DNA from: Nitrosopumilus sp.
GTDB lineage: Archaea; Thermoproteota; Nitrososphaeria; Nitrososphaerales; Nitrosopumilaceae
NCBI GenBank assembly: GCA_965203315.1
Contig: OZ241857.1
Coordinates: forward strand, 896,001-960,000
DNA: 64,000 nt
Direction of reading: 5' to 3'
Of this stretch, positions 41,107-51,700 are shown in pieces. A model generated the notes under the pieces. That model saw only the letters and a program-made list of their open reading frames with translations. It was not told the DNA's origin and ran no database searches. A program made the translations under genes and the position numbers. Position 1 is the first letter of the stretch, and each line of letters begins with the position of its first letter.

Positions 41107-41244
41107 TGCCTTATTTAGAAGATGGAAACGTATAATCATTTAAAGTACGACAATAAACTGCGTAGTACAAAAATCGTTCACCTCTAGCCAGATGGCTAGG
41201 ACAAACAGACAGTCAAAAGTCAAGGAAAATGGAGTATACCTAAA

Positions 41245-41599
41245 GGCGATTGCTCATTTCGAGCCCCTAAGCATGTATTGCACCAATAAATCAAACAGAT
41301 CGCAATTTCGGTTATTGTATCGCCACTCCATCTCTTTGAGATACAGTGGGAATTTCTTTGAACTCACACCTCGATACTTTGCCAAGTTCAATTTAGCAAA
41401 GCCCCAGAACCCTTCCATTCCATTGATGTGCGCATCACCTCGCAAAGATGTTCTGATGATCAACTGATTCTCTCTGGTATCCATGAAAGACCGATTTACC
41501 ATACCCGTCATTTCCCATCTCGAGAAGAGATATCAAATACATCAAGACTTGTGTCTAAATTTGGTCATATTTAGTTAGGGGCTCGAAATGAGCAACACC
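41245..41599 (-). mobile_element. internally deleted IS1595-family element
   Basis: 21-bp perfect TIR core TTGCTCATTTCGAGCCCCTAA at both ends; residual transposase C-terminus HINGMEGFW..K..YRGVS..F.LYLKE.EWRYN. Confidence 0.88.
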
Positions 41600-41759
41600 A
41601 TCTAAATTTGATGCAAGATTGATAGAACTGGAAATCAAGCATGTTCTTGCATGGATAAATTATCCACAGACCAATAGTAGAGATGGTTCTGTAAAGTTCA
41701 ACGTAAATTGCCTTTGAAGTAATTATGAAGAGTTAGTGATCGAGTAGGATCTATTCATA

Positions 41760-41893
41760 TATAGTCGTGAACATAATAATTTTCCTAGTCTGCAGTATCA
41801 CAATTTGGTGTTGTTTGTTCTGTCCGAGGTAAATTCCGTCTCTTGCCCACATGTACGAGAGTGAACAAGAAAACAATTCCGTTTGTGACTATA
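41760..41893 (+). mobile_element. MITE family B
   Basis: TA-TATAGTCGTGAAC...GTTTGTGACTATA-TA, TA duplication intact. Confidence 0.88.
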
Positions 41894-42043
41894 TAACTAC
41901 AGTTGTGAGTGACCACACATATGTCTCTTGGAAAAAGGGGCATCAGACCCACATGGAGCATTGAAGAGTCGTCAGGAGAGGAATATTCATGTCAAATGAT
42001 GATTAGATTGTAATTTATATTACGTGATATATAATGTAAGCAC

Positions 42044-42325
42044 ATGGAGCAAAGCGATCTAGTGAGCGTAGATTTTAGAGTCTGTTGTAGTCACAAGGAT
42101 CACGGTAAACCGTGTAGAGATACTATGATCGCAATTCGTGATAATTTTTTCAACATAATAAAAATTAACGCTGTAAAACCAGTCGATAACTCAGAAGATA
42201 TGTGTGTTATTGGCAAAGCAAAGATCAACCCAACAAAACGAAAGAGTTTTGAAGAGAATTTAGCAAAGATACGAATAGGTAAGAAGAAAATTATAACGTC
42301 TAGTGTCACCATACTTCAAGACTAG
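42044..42325 (+). CDS. hypothetical protein
   Basis: 93-aa ORF 6 nt before the HAD gene, TATA-like TTTATA upstream. Confidence 0.6.
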   Translation: MEQSDLVSVDFRVCCSHKDHGKPCRDTMIAIRDNFFNIIKINAVKPVDNSEDMCVIGKAKINPTKRKSFEENLAKIRIGKKKIITSSVTILQD

Positions 42326-42331
42326 TTTGCA

Positions 42332-43258
42332 TTGTACTTTACAACTAAATTTAATACAGGCACTAAAAAACAATTGTTAAATAAATTAAAAAGGTCTGGA
42401 TATTTCTCAGATATTGAATTTACGGCATCAGGACTAATTCGTATTGAAACAAAAGAGCAAATTATTCCTAGAAGTAAAGATCATACAAAAATAAAAAATA
42501 AAATTAAACAAATTACTGGTTCAGATACTATTGAAGAATCATATGAGATTACTGATGGGGTTGATGAACGAGAATATAAAATTGTTTACGTCTTTGCAGA
42601 TATTGATAGTACATTGACTCATACTGGAACTTCAACAATTAACCATGATGTTGAATCAATAATCAATAAGATAAAGGATCACAACGGAGAATTTTATTTT
42701 TGCAGTGGCCGTTCATCTCAAAATATTGACGAATTGATTAAAAAATATAGAACAGGAGAATATGGTATTGCAGAAAATGGTGGAATAATAGTAGGTATGC
42801 GAGAATCCAAAAGAACTTTTGGAAATCGAAGTGAACCCAAAAAACTGATGAAATATTTGTTAAAGCACACAACTGCCAAAATAGACCCGAATCAAAGCAG
42901 TCGCGTTACAGAGATAGTCATATTAGCTAATTCGATAAAAGAACATGAGCTCGAGGATGCAAGAAAGAAAACAAATGCCAACATTGAATATCACGCAAGT
43001 AAAAACACATATCACATCTCAGAGAAAGGAATCAACAAAGGCACTGCAATAGATTTTCTAGCGAATGAATTACATTTTGATTCGGAATTAGATTATCTTG
43101 TAGCAATAGGTGACAGTGATCTCGATATTCCCATGTTCGAACATGTTGCTAAAGGGTTTTTAGTAGAGCCCAATAAAGATATGAAAAAGAAAGTCAAAAA
43201 AACTAAAAAATGTAGAAGTGGTAGGCGCAGCTCCAAAAGCTTTGAGAGACATGTATGA
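42332..43258 (+). CDS. HAD-IIB (Cof/phosphoglycolate phosphatase-like) hydrolase with N-terminal extension; probable frameshift near the 3' end
   Basis: FADIDSTLT, CSGR, IAENGG, NKG.A, IGDSDLD motifs. Confidence 0.85.
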   Translation: MYFTTKFNTGTKKQLLNKLKRSGYFSDIEFTASGLIRIETKEQIIPRSKDHTKIKNKIKQITGSDTIEESYEITDGVDEREYKIVYVFADIDSTLTHTGTSTINHDVESIINKIKDHNGEFYFCSGRSSQNIDELIKKYRTGEYGIAENGGIIVGMRESKRTFGNRSEPKKLMKYLLKHTTAKIDPNQSSRVTEIVILANSIKEHELEDARKKTNANIEYHASKNTYHISEKGINKGTAIDFLANELHFDSELDYLVAIGDSDLDIPMFEHVAKGFLVEPNKDMKKKVKKTKKCRSGRRSSKSFERHV

Positions 43259-43798
43259 CAAATTATTTCCATTTGGATAATTTTAGCTGTTTTATTGATC
43301 AATGTCATTAATCAACGCAAATATGTTACTTGAGTTGTTTTTGGAGAAACTATTCCAAGTTAGCTTCAAATATTTATTAAATTGCAAGCATTCCTATAAT
43401 GTGTAGTGTCTTACTAAAACAGACATTTAGATAAACTGAACTAGGAATCACACAATACTTTTGCACGAATAAGATACCTACAAACCAATAGCCGAGTATA
43501 ACGATTGTTTGGTGAGATGTGACGTAAACTAGTCGTGAGTCAATAATGTAGAGAATGGGTGATTCGATAGACACGTTCATGGCCAGTCATCGATAGTTAT
43601 GGATAACATGCATCTAAAAGGGGTAATGAGACATTATCCTAGGCGTTTATCTAAAAAGATGCAAAAGGTCGTTATATTGAATAGACGAAACATCATGCCG
43701 TATGAAGAGTGAACACTTTTGGTATCTACTTTTGGTATCTACGCCATCGATGTGATAGACAAATAATTATATTTCAAAGACTCGGTAGTTACTTTGGT

Positions 43799-43903
43799 AG
43801 CCCGATAGTCTAGCGGTCAAGTATATTATTAGATCAGTGATTCTGCCCTCTGGATCTCAAGAGTGGATAGGCAGAGACGGCAGTTCGAATCTGCCTCGGG
43901 CTA
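43799..43903 (+). tRNA. tRNA-Gln(CTG) with two introns
   Basis: Removing 43821-43837 and 43855-43869 gives a cloverleaf: AGCCCGA/TCGGGCT acceptor, CTGCC-CT-CTG-GA-GGCAG, GTTCGAATC. Confidence 0.9.
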
Positions 43904-43990
43904 CTGAAACTATCTAGACTCAAAACAGTATGCAAAATAGGTCGTAGTACACTGTTCGAATCTGCCTCGGGCTACTGAAACTATCTAGAC
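43883..43990. repeat. 37-bp exact direct repeat around a 34-bp unique insert
   Basis: GTTCGAATCTGCCTCGGGCTACTGAAACTATCTAGAC at 43883-43919 and 43954-43990. Confidence 0.95.
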
Positions 43991-44580
43991 GCTTGTGCAA
44001 TACGTTCTAGTTCATTCTTTCTCTTTACAGAAGGAGCATTTGGATCATTTGTACTTGCAAGAATGAGTTGTTCTGCCATGTGCTCCTCGATCGGTTTTGG
44101 ATTAACAAATGTTGCCTCTTTTATTGCATCTGCAATAAACTTGAGAGCAAGGTCTACACGTCGTATTGGTGCGACATCGACAGATACATGGTATACGGTA
44201 CCACCATAGACTATTCTAGTTGTATCTTCGTTTGGTGCAGAATACTCGACAGCTCGAACCAAGACCTCAACAGGATTCTTGCCGGTCTTTATCGATATGA
44301 TATCAAACGCGGTCTTGACAGTATTGAGAGCCTTGGTCTTTTTGCCAGACATGCGACCTGTATTCTTTGCATACTTTTTTCCAAAATGCATGATCTTATT
44401 CACGAGTCGCTCAACGATATTAACTTCAGCTTTGTTGAAACGCTTGAGAGCAGAACGGCCGTACGTATAAGGAAGAATCTGTTGTTTGAGAGATATTGCA
44501 GTCTTGAGACCTGGATCGTGTACATCAATCTTTGACGTATCCCATTTCCTAAACAGTAAAAGATTCTTTGTCTGAGCCAA
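43981..44580 (-). CDS. rps7: 30S ribosomal protein S7
   Basis: IVERLVN, DVAP.RRVD.AL, ERIAQASR. Confidence 0.97.
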   Translation of the reverse strand: MAQTKNLLLFRKWDTSKIDVHDPGLKTAISLKQQILPYTYGRSALKRFNKAEVNIVERLVNKIMHFGKKYAKNTGRMSGKKTKALNTVKTAFDIISIKTGKNPVEVLVRAVEYSAPNEDTTRIVYGGTVYHVSVDVAPIRRVDLALKFIADAIKEATFVNPKPIEEHMAEQLILASTNDPNAPSVKRKNELERIAQASR

Positions 44581-44582
44581 CT

Positions 44583-45020
44583 TTATCTCCTAGGCTTCTC
44601 CTTTTTACCAATCACCAACTCGTGTAGTGATGTACCATTTACTTTGAAGACCTTGAAACGGACGCCAGGTATATCACCCATGGCACCACCTTGTGTTGCC
44701 CCCATTCCTTGAATGTGAACTTCATCGTGTTCATCAATAAAGTTCATTGCACCGTCTCGTGGCAAGAATGCAGTTACAGTCTTGCCGTTCTTTATCAACT
44801 GAACACGAACACACTTGCGCACAGCAGAGTTTGGCTGCTTGGCAGCTATTCCAACCTTTTCTAAGACTATACCACGACCTTGTGGTGCGCCACCTAAAGG
44901 ATCTGCCTTTTTATCTATACCCAGTTCACGACGTTTGTATGTAGATATTGCCCAGCGTCGTCGTTTCTTCTTTGTCGTTAAGACTCTACCTGCAAATAGA
45001 CCTAGAGGAGACTTGCGCAT
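44583..45020 (-). CDS. rps12: 30S ribosomal protein S12 (S23)
   Basis: [31 protein letters not shown]. Confidence 0.98.
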   Translation of the reverse strand: MRKSPLGLFAGRVLTTKKKRRRWAISTYKRRELGIDKKADPLGGAPQGRGIVLEKVGIAAKQPNSAVRKCVRVQLIKNGKTVTAFLPRDGAMNFIDEHDEVHIQGMGATQGGAMGDIPGVRFKVFKVNGTSLHELVIGKKEKPRR

Positions 45021-45023
45021 ATC

Positions 45024-45488
45024 TTACAACTCCAACGTAGGTCGTTCGGGGCTATTAATCATTACATAAGAGATATCAAAATATCGCTTTGCAAACAATC
45101 TCGCCTTCTCGGCATTCTTGCCATCACGACCAACAACTATACCTTTCTTTCTAGGGTCCACCATAACTATTGCCTGTTTTGAACCATCGCCTCGTTTATT
45201 TATTTTTACGTCTGTGATGTACTTGGAGTTGAGGATTGTCTTTAGAAACTTGGCAGGATCCTCATCAAACTCGACTAGTTCGATTTTACGTTTGATTGTA
45301 TTTTGTAGTGATTTGATGGTGGTGCCACCTTTACCTATTGCCATCCCCATCTTGCCTGAATTAACTACAAAGATCACTCTCTCTTGTTTCTCATCTACGA
45401 TACAGTCACGTGCCATAGTACCAACCACATTTTGAAATAGAGACATTAACCGTACTTGATCAGAGTCCAGCTTTATAGATTGTGTCAT
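45024..45488 (-). CDS. nusA: archaeal NusA-like KH protein
   Basis: AIGKGG and VGRDG KH loops; conserved position. Confidence 0.92.
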   Translation of the reverse strand: MTQSIKLDSDQVRLMSLFQNVVGTMARDCIVDEKQERVIFVVNSGKMGMAIGKGGTTIKSLQNTIKRKIELVEFDEDPAKFLKTILNSKYITDVKINKRGDGSKQAIVMVDPRKKGIVVGRDGKNAEKARLFAKRYFDISYVMINSPERPTLEL

Positions 45489-45537
45489 CAGATCGCCTTT
45501 TCGTCTCCATTTGTATATATCTCATTTAAACTAAAGA

Positions 45538-45855
45538 TCATCTCTTTTCAGTATCCATGTCCTTGAGAATCGATTGTATGTTAGAGTTTGGAATCGATGT
45601 GAATGAGAGTGTAGAGATTCTAAATTGTAAGCCACATAGCCGACCTAGAGCTACTGAAGTTCCCGGAAACTTTACCAACGGTACATCTTTGTCTTTTGCA
45701 CTAGTTTCAATCTTTTCAGACATGCTCTGCTCAATTGATCTAGACAGAACAATCAGGCTGGAATTATTTGACGAGTTGGAGACTTGTCTAGCACCAAAGA
45801 TTAGCCTATCCTCTTTTACAGCATCCTTTAGAGCCTTTTCAAGTATCTTACTCAT
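45538..45855 (-). CDS. rpl30e: 50S ribosomal protein L30e
   Basis: L7Ae/L30e fold, F.GTSVALGRLCG..F; upstream of nusA. Confidence 0.85.
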   Translation of the reverse strand: MSKILEKALKDAVKEDRLIFGARQVSNSSNNSSLIVLSRSIEQSMSEKIETSAKDKDVPLVKFPGTSVALGRLCGLQFRISTLSFTSIPNSNIQSILKDMDTEKR

Positions 45856-45941
45856 GTATGATCTCGATCCTCAGTATAGGGCTTTATAGGTTTATGTAAA
45901 AACACCATCTACGAGATATGTACAAATGTACCGAGTGTACC

Positions 45942-47093
45942 TTACCTTACATCGAGTACAGTAGAGATAGTTGATGCAATTGCAGTCGGTTTATCAAGAG
46001 AACGCCACACAAACGAGTCCACAGTGTATGATCCGGGTCTATCGGGTAGCCATGAGTGAGATACAGTGAGGGTCTGTTTGGGAGAGAATGTACCGGTTAT
46101 CCATCCAAGCGATACAACGGTATCATTGCGACTGATCTGAATCAGATGCACAAAGTCTTGTGGACGATCTATAGTGTTGCGTACACTGCCTACAATCATA
46201 GTCTGTAAACCAGATGTAACATTATCGTCAACGACTACAGCCAAGTTCTCGATAGGCATGTTCACAATACCATAATGAGACGATACCTTGATCGACAGAA
46301 CGTCAGACTTGCTATATGGTTCTGGTACAGTATAGTCATCATATTGGACGGTGATCTCGTCGCCGGGTACAACATACAATGTATTGTATTCAGACGAGTC
46401 TGATATCGGAATATCACCTACAAAAACTCCAGAACTTGGTGCAGTCTCAACTATATGTAGAGATACACCAGATGGATCAGAGTCAGAGTATATAGATATC
46501 TCGACTTGGTCAAGCGTCTCTGGATCGATATTCATATCTGGATCGATCACACGAACTGTATTATCGTCTAGATGTACTTGTCCGATATTCCATGATATCA
46601 TAAATGACTCTGAGAGAATTACACCATCAGCAAACTCGAATGAGATGGTCACTGCAGAGTCACGATCAACTTGCAACAATCCATCGTTTGGTCCACTACC
46701 AAAAGTTCTAGGCGTGATATCAGGTGTACGATCACCATCGATGTCATGTGCGAATCCGCTAAGGATTATAGATCCTGTAAACACGCCACTGTTTGGATGA
46801 GTCTCGACAAGACGGTACTCGTCTAGAGAGTCTCGAGATGTAGATATTCTGATAGAATACTCTGGATCCCCTCCGATCGAGTCTATACCAAGCCTGTTTT
46901 CATTCCAACTAGGTGCAATGATCTTGAGATGAACCTTTTCTGTCCACGTGTATACACTCTTGTCTGTGATGATTGGTGCGTATGGATTATAATAGTCTGG
47001 AATCGATTGACCGTATCCGATCGGCATAACAGTCAAGACTAGTCCAAAGATCACTCCGCATGTAATACCAAATGCGACATGCAAACTAGACAT
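45942..47093 (-). CDS. secreted/surface protein with repeated ET..SGVF.G modules
   Basis: Signal peptide, two ETxxxSGVFxG motifs, C-terminal Ig-like domain. Confidence 0.75.
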   Translation of the reverse strand: MSSLHVAFGITCGVIFGLVLTVMPIGYGQSIPDYYNPYAPIITDKSVYTWTEKVHLKIIAPSWNENRLGIDSIGGDPEYSIRISTSRDSLDEYRLVETHPNSGVFTGSIILSGFAHDIDGDRTPDITPRTFGSGPNDGLLQVDRDSAVTISFEFADGVILSESFMISWNIGQVHLDDNTVRVIDPDMNIDPETLDQVEISIYSDSDPSGVSLHIVETAPSSGVFVGDIPISDSSEYNTLYVVPGDEITVQYDDYTVPEPYSKSDVLSIKVSSHYGIVNMPIENLAVVVDDNVTSGLQTMIVGSVRNTIDRPQDFVHLIQISRNDTVVSLGWITGTFSPKQTLTVSHSWLPDRPGSYTVDSFVWRSLDKPTAIASTISTVLDVR

Positions 47094-47105
47094 GTGTACA
47101 TGTAT

Positions 47106-47342
47106 TCAAGATGTAGATTTAACATTTGGTAGTGATAGTGCTAAAATGTTGTCACCACGCAGCAGAATATTATTAAGAGATATAGGCTCGTCGCCAGTTA
47201 TATCTTGGGCATCATCTAGCGTCAGATTCATGTGTATATCAAACTCTCTCAAGATACCTTGAATGGTCGTGTTGTTACGTAGCCGTAAAAGAACAACCTT
47301 GTTCTTGCTTGCCTTCATTACGGTTGGAATATCATTTACCAT
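47106..47342 (-). CDS. second Sm-like (LSm) protein
   Basis: FDIHMNLTL, LRGDNI. Confidence 0.92.
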   Translation of the reverse strand: MVNDIPTVMKASKNKVVLLRLRNNTTIQGILREFDIHMNLTLDDAQDITGDEPISLNNILLRGDNILALSLPNVKSTS

Positions 47343-47683
47343 ATCTATCTCTGTTTACATTATGACTATTTAGATATTGTCAAGAGAGGTTTTATGTAAT
47401 CTAGGATGGAGATAAGATATGAAAGATCTAAACTAGATTAACAAAAACAAAGTTCTTGTAGATACTGGTATTTTGAACGATGATTTTCTATTGTTGTACC
47501 ATCGATCAGAATCAGAATATTCCGAGTCTTACAACCTCACACCCTCGTGTCTTTTGGTACAGTTGCTAGAGTCCACCAGCGAGATTGGTGCCATCAGACA
47601 TCGCAAATGTTCGTGTAAATTTTGGCGTCGAGTACAATCGACTCAAGCGGGGGCTCGGGAGGGATCTCAGTTAATGTTTGTGC

Positions 47684-47790
47684 GGATCTCTACAATTTAC
47701 ATGGGATCGCATTTCGCAAGACTTGTCCTAAAATGCCAAGTCTTGTACTTTTTCTGTAAAAATTCTATCCCACATAAATCGTACAGATCC
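47684..47790 (-). mobile_element. MITE family A (diverged, reverse orientation)
   Basis: GGATCTCTACAATTTACATGGGAT...ATCCCACATAAATCGTACAGATCC. Confidence 0.8.
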
Positions 47791-47874
47791 AAAAATCATG
47801 CCTGCCTGTTATGACAACCTGATATCATACTGTAAGAGATACGAATGAGCTTTTCTAATGTTTGATGGTAATGG

Positions 47875-48375
47875 TTATTCATCATATCGTGAGAATATGG
47901 TTGTGCAGCCCTTTAAAGAATCTGAGTCTAAAAAGAGTTCTGACTCATGATACACTGCTGCTTCTATAATTAAATTCTTAAAATCAAGATCGTTTTCAAT
48001 TATACCATATATGGTATCAGTTGCGTATTTGTCGTCATCGTGATCATGTACAACAACCAGGTTCATGTAAGTAGAAGCCGAGTTGTTTTCATAATACGCA
48101 TATTTTATCATATCAACATTTTGAAATGATTCCACAATCGCATCTATCACTTGTTGAGAGAATTTTCTGCGGACAGGCTTTTTATTCGCCTTCATATTTT
48201 CTGTAACTATATCTCTAATGTCAGACATTAGATAATTCATGATAGATTTTATCTCTTTTTTATCTACATCATTTATGTAGTATTTTAATACCTTGACTAT
48301 ACTCTTCTCTATCTGCTTTAACGTCTTGTTTAACGCTTGCTGGTTTATTTTGTTTGGATCATATGGTTTTTTCAT
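47875..48375 (-). CDS. orphan protein, possible degenerate nucleotidyltransferase (MNT-like) fold; paralog at 63233
   Basis: 166-aa ORF near-identical in its C-terminal half to 63233-63598. Confidence 0.7.
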   Translation of the reverse strand: MKKPYDPNKINQQALNKTLKQIEKSIVKVLKYYINDVDKKEIKSIMNYLMSDIRDIVTENMKANKKPVRRKFSQQVIDAIVESFQNVDMIKYAYYENNSASTYMNLVVVHDHDDDKYATDTIYGIIENDLDFKNLIIEAAVYHESELFLDSDSLKGCTTIFSRYDE

Positions 48376-48509
48376 TGTGTTTTGTTTGATTTTACAGTAT
48401 ATAGTCTAGACGGCAATGTTTGTTATCTTGATAGGAGGCATAGTCAGGGGCAAACAAGCTTACGCTAGCCTCAATGACTTATCATGCTCAATATTTTACC
48501 ACTCTCATA

Positions 48510-48622
48510 GGATCTCTACGGTTTACGTGAGAGAGTGGTTACAAAAACACTACAAGATTCTATAAGAGAAGATTAGGAAAAAAGTCTTGTGAAATGTCAT
48601 CATACATAAATCGAAGAGATCT
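48510..48622 (+). mobile_element. MITE family A
   Basis: GGATCTCTACGGTTTAC...CACTACAAGATTCTATAAGAGAA...ATAAATCGAAGAGATC. Confidence 0.85.
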
Positions 48623-48767
48623 TGGGGCAGAACTGTCTGGTGAATAGATACAATCACACTTGTCTCATATACGCATATTTCAAACTATTGATCTATCAAA
48701 TTCGTCGACTAGTCATTCAAACAATATCAAAACATAATGATTAACGCAGTATATCTCTTGGTATGAT

Positions 48768-51700
48768 CTAGTGCTTTGAGACTTGCATGTATAGATCAAC
48801 TGTTCCGCTGCCTATAGGAATATTGCTACCAACTATGACATTCTCTGTTATACCTTTGAGTTCTTCTGTCTCACCACCAAGTGCTGCGTGTGCGATGGTG
48901 GGAACGGTAATCTCAAACGCAGCTCTTGCAAGAACACTGTCCTTTTTACCTGCGATACCGTGTCTACCTATCTGCATCAGTGAACCACGAGAACACATCA
49001 GATCAGCTACCAACATGATATAACGATTATCGACCTCGAGACCTTGGTCTCGGAGTATGGTGTTTAGTTCACTGATCAATGCATTGCGTGCTGCCTCGAT
49101 CCCAAGGGTATCTACAATCTCAGAGACGTTGTTTGTGATGACTCTTTTACGATCGACTCCATCTACTTTTAATGCATGTTTAACGTTTGAACCCGTAGTC
49201 TGTATAACCCACTCTTGATTTCGTTTAACTAGAGCTATACGCTCGACTTCAGAGACTCCCTTTACTATGGTCTTCTTGACCTTGTTTCGTAATGTAATGA
49301 CAGTCTGTGGATCATACTCTTCGACGAATTCCAGCGTTAACAAGTTGTCCAAAATATTGATCTTGAACTTTTTGTTTGATGCAAGAGCAGCTTCGATATC
49401 GGCCATGGTACAACTCCTCTGATCTAGGTGTCTCTTATCAAAGGCCATCTTTATGTTTGTAGAGTCTGTTGTGATGTGGGGTTTTAGATCACTGATCTTT
49501 GTCTGTAAGATATTCTTGGCAACATTTATGGCGTCTTCACGAGAGTCTTTGATCTCGTCCTTGAGATGTATATCCATAGTAGGTGTTACCGGCTTTTTGC
49601 GTGCATCGACTAGTTCGATCAGTCTAGGCAGTCCAAGCGTTACGTTCCTCTCTTTGATTCCAGCAAAGTGAAAAGTCCTTAGAGTCATCTGTGTACCAGG
49701 CTCACCGAGAGACTGAGCAGTGACTATTCCAACTGCTTGTCCTGGCTCAACCTTGGCCTTGTTGTACAATAATAGTCCCTTCTTACATACAGCACTCACT
49801 CCATCACGGCTCAGTTTAGATTTAGCTAGCGCATTACGTACAGTCTCTGCGAGTTTGGGGTTGAACGTCTTTGTGTATTTTTTGACCAGAGACTCGATCT
49901 CTTCTTTGGTAGCTAGATCACCAGAATCGATGAGTTTTTGAGACTCTATGAGCCGATGAATGTTGAATGCCTCACCATGATCGCTCTTGGCTACATCGAT
50001 TCCGTCTTCACCATAGAGGAACTGAATTATATGACCGTGCGGATCACGAACCGTTCCATCATACTCTAGTCGAATATGCTCTAGCGCGTTGATCAGACGA
50101 CGCTGCATGTATCCACTCTGCTGTGTACGGACTGCAGTATCTACTAGACCTTCACGTCCGCCCATGGCATGAAAGAAGAACTCGATGGTAGAGAGACCTT
50201 CACGATAGTTTGATTTTACAAATCCATGTGCGTCTGGACTGTTGTCTTTTTCTTTAAAGTGTGACAAGACACGGTTATGGAATCCTTCATTGAGCCTATC
50301 TCCTCTACGAGACTGTTGACCGAGTGCACCTGCCATCTGACCTACATTCAACGAAGAGCCACGAGCTCCAGTGGTGGCCATGATCTTGCCAGCGTTGTTG
50401 TCGTCAAGAGAGTCGTTTGCAGTAGAGCCTGCCTTGTCTCTTGCCATACCAAGCTCTTTGAGGATATCTGCCTCTAGTGTCTCTCTTGGGCTCATTCCTG
50501 GTTTAGCTTGTAGTGTTCCGTTGTCATACTCGCGTATGAAACCAGATACGGTATCATAGGTATCTTTGATATCGTCGAGTATCTTTTGCTTGTCCTTGTC
50601 TGGAACTTCTAGATCACCATATCCATAACTGAATCCATAGTGCGTGATGAACTGCTTTACGATGATCAGTATAGAGTTTAGGAACTTTTTACCCGTCTCG
50701 TTTCCATAGTCTTTAGTAATACGGTGTAGTACACTCTCTGGCTCTTCAGCGCCTATCGATGTCTTGTCTATTACTCCACTGATCAGTTCACCGTTCTTGA
50801 TGACTACATCGTTCTGAGCTCCGCCTGTTCCTTTGGACCACTTTGACGTTATGGTATAGTTAAAGTCCTTGGGAAGAAATAGTGAAAAGAGTTGTTTGCC
50901 TGTATATGCAGGTCCGTCTTTGTTCTTGGTTGCAGGAGATGGAAGTGTGCCCGTATATCCACCAAGCATGGCAAGGTTTGAAAACTCTAGTTTCGAGAGC
51001 ACTGTACCGTCTTTGGTTAATAGATATGCACCGGTTACAAAGTCACGTAGTGCGCCGATTATGGGACCACCGTATCTAGGTGATATTAGTTGGTCTTGGA
51101 CACGCATCAATAGAATGGCTTCGGCACGAGCCTCTTCTGATTGTGGCACATGTAGATTCATCTCATCGCCATCAAAGTCTGCATTATACGGAGGGCATAC
51201 AGATGGATGTAGTCTAAATGTCTTGCCAGGCAGCACCTTGACATAGTGTGCCATGATAGACATCTGGTGTAGTGATGGTTGACGATTAAACATGACGATA
51301 TCACCGTCTGCTAAGTGCCTCTCTACGTGATATCCGATCTCGAGTGTCTCTGCAATTACAGAGCGATCCTCAACAAAGTCTAGTCGGATCTTGACACCAT
51401 CGGGTCGTACTATATAGTTGACTCCTGGAAATGTGTGTGGTCCATTTATGACAAACTCTCGCATACGTTTGATGTTCCACTCGGTGACGATCTCTGGGAT
51501 CGTGAGCTTCATGGCGACGGTCTCAGGTACACCAACCTCTGAGAGATCTAGATTTGGGTCAGGAGATATCACAGTTCTGCTAGAAAAGTCGACACGCTTG
51601 CCAGATAGCGATCCACGAAATCGACCCTCCTTTCCTTTGAGTCTCTGAGTAAGAGTCTTGAGAGGTCTACCAGAGCGGTGATGTGCTTGAGGAATACCAG

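Noticed and set aside
40876-41139. Intact 87-aa HicB
   Set aside because: Its C-terminal third is translated MITE sequence
43883-43990. Bona fide CRISPR array
   Set aside because: Only two repeats, the repeat is tRNA/rps7 sequence, and no leader or cas genes are visible; kept as an integration scar
47473-47814. 113-aa ORF, or RNase P/SRP RNA in the GC-richer patch
   Set aside because: The ORF runs through a MITE, and the conserved RNase P and SRP motifs were not found
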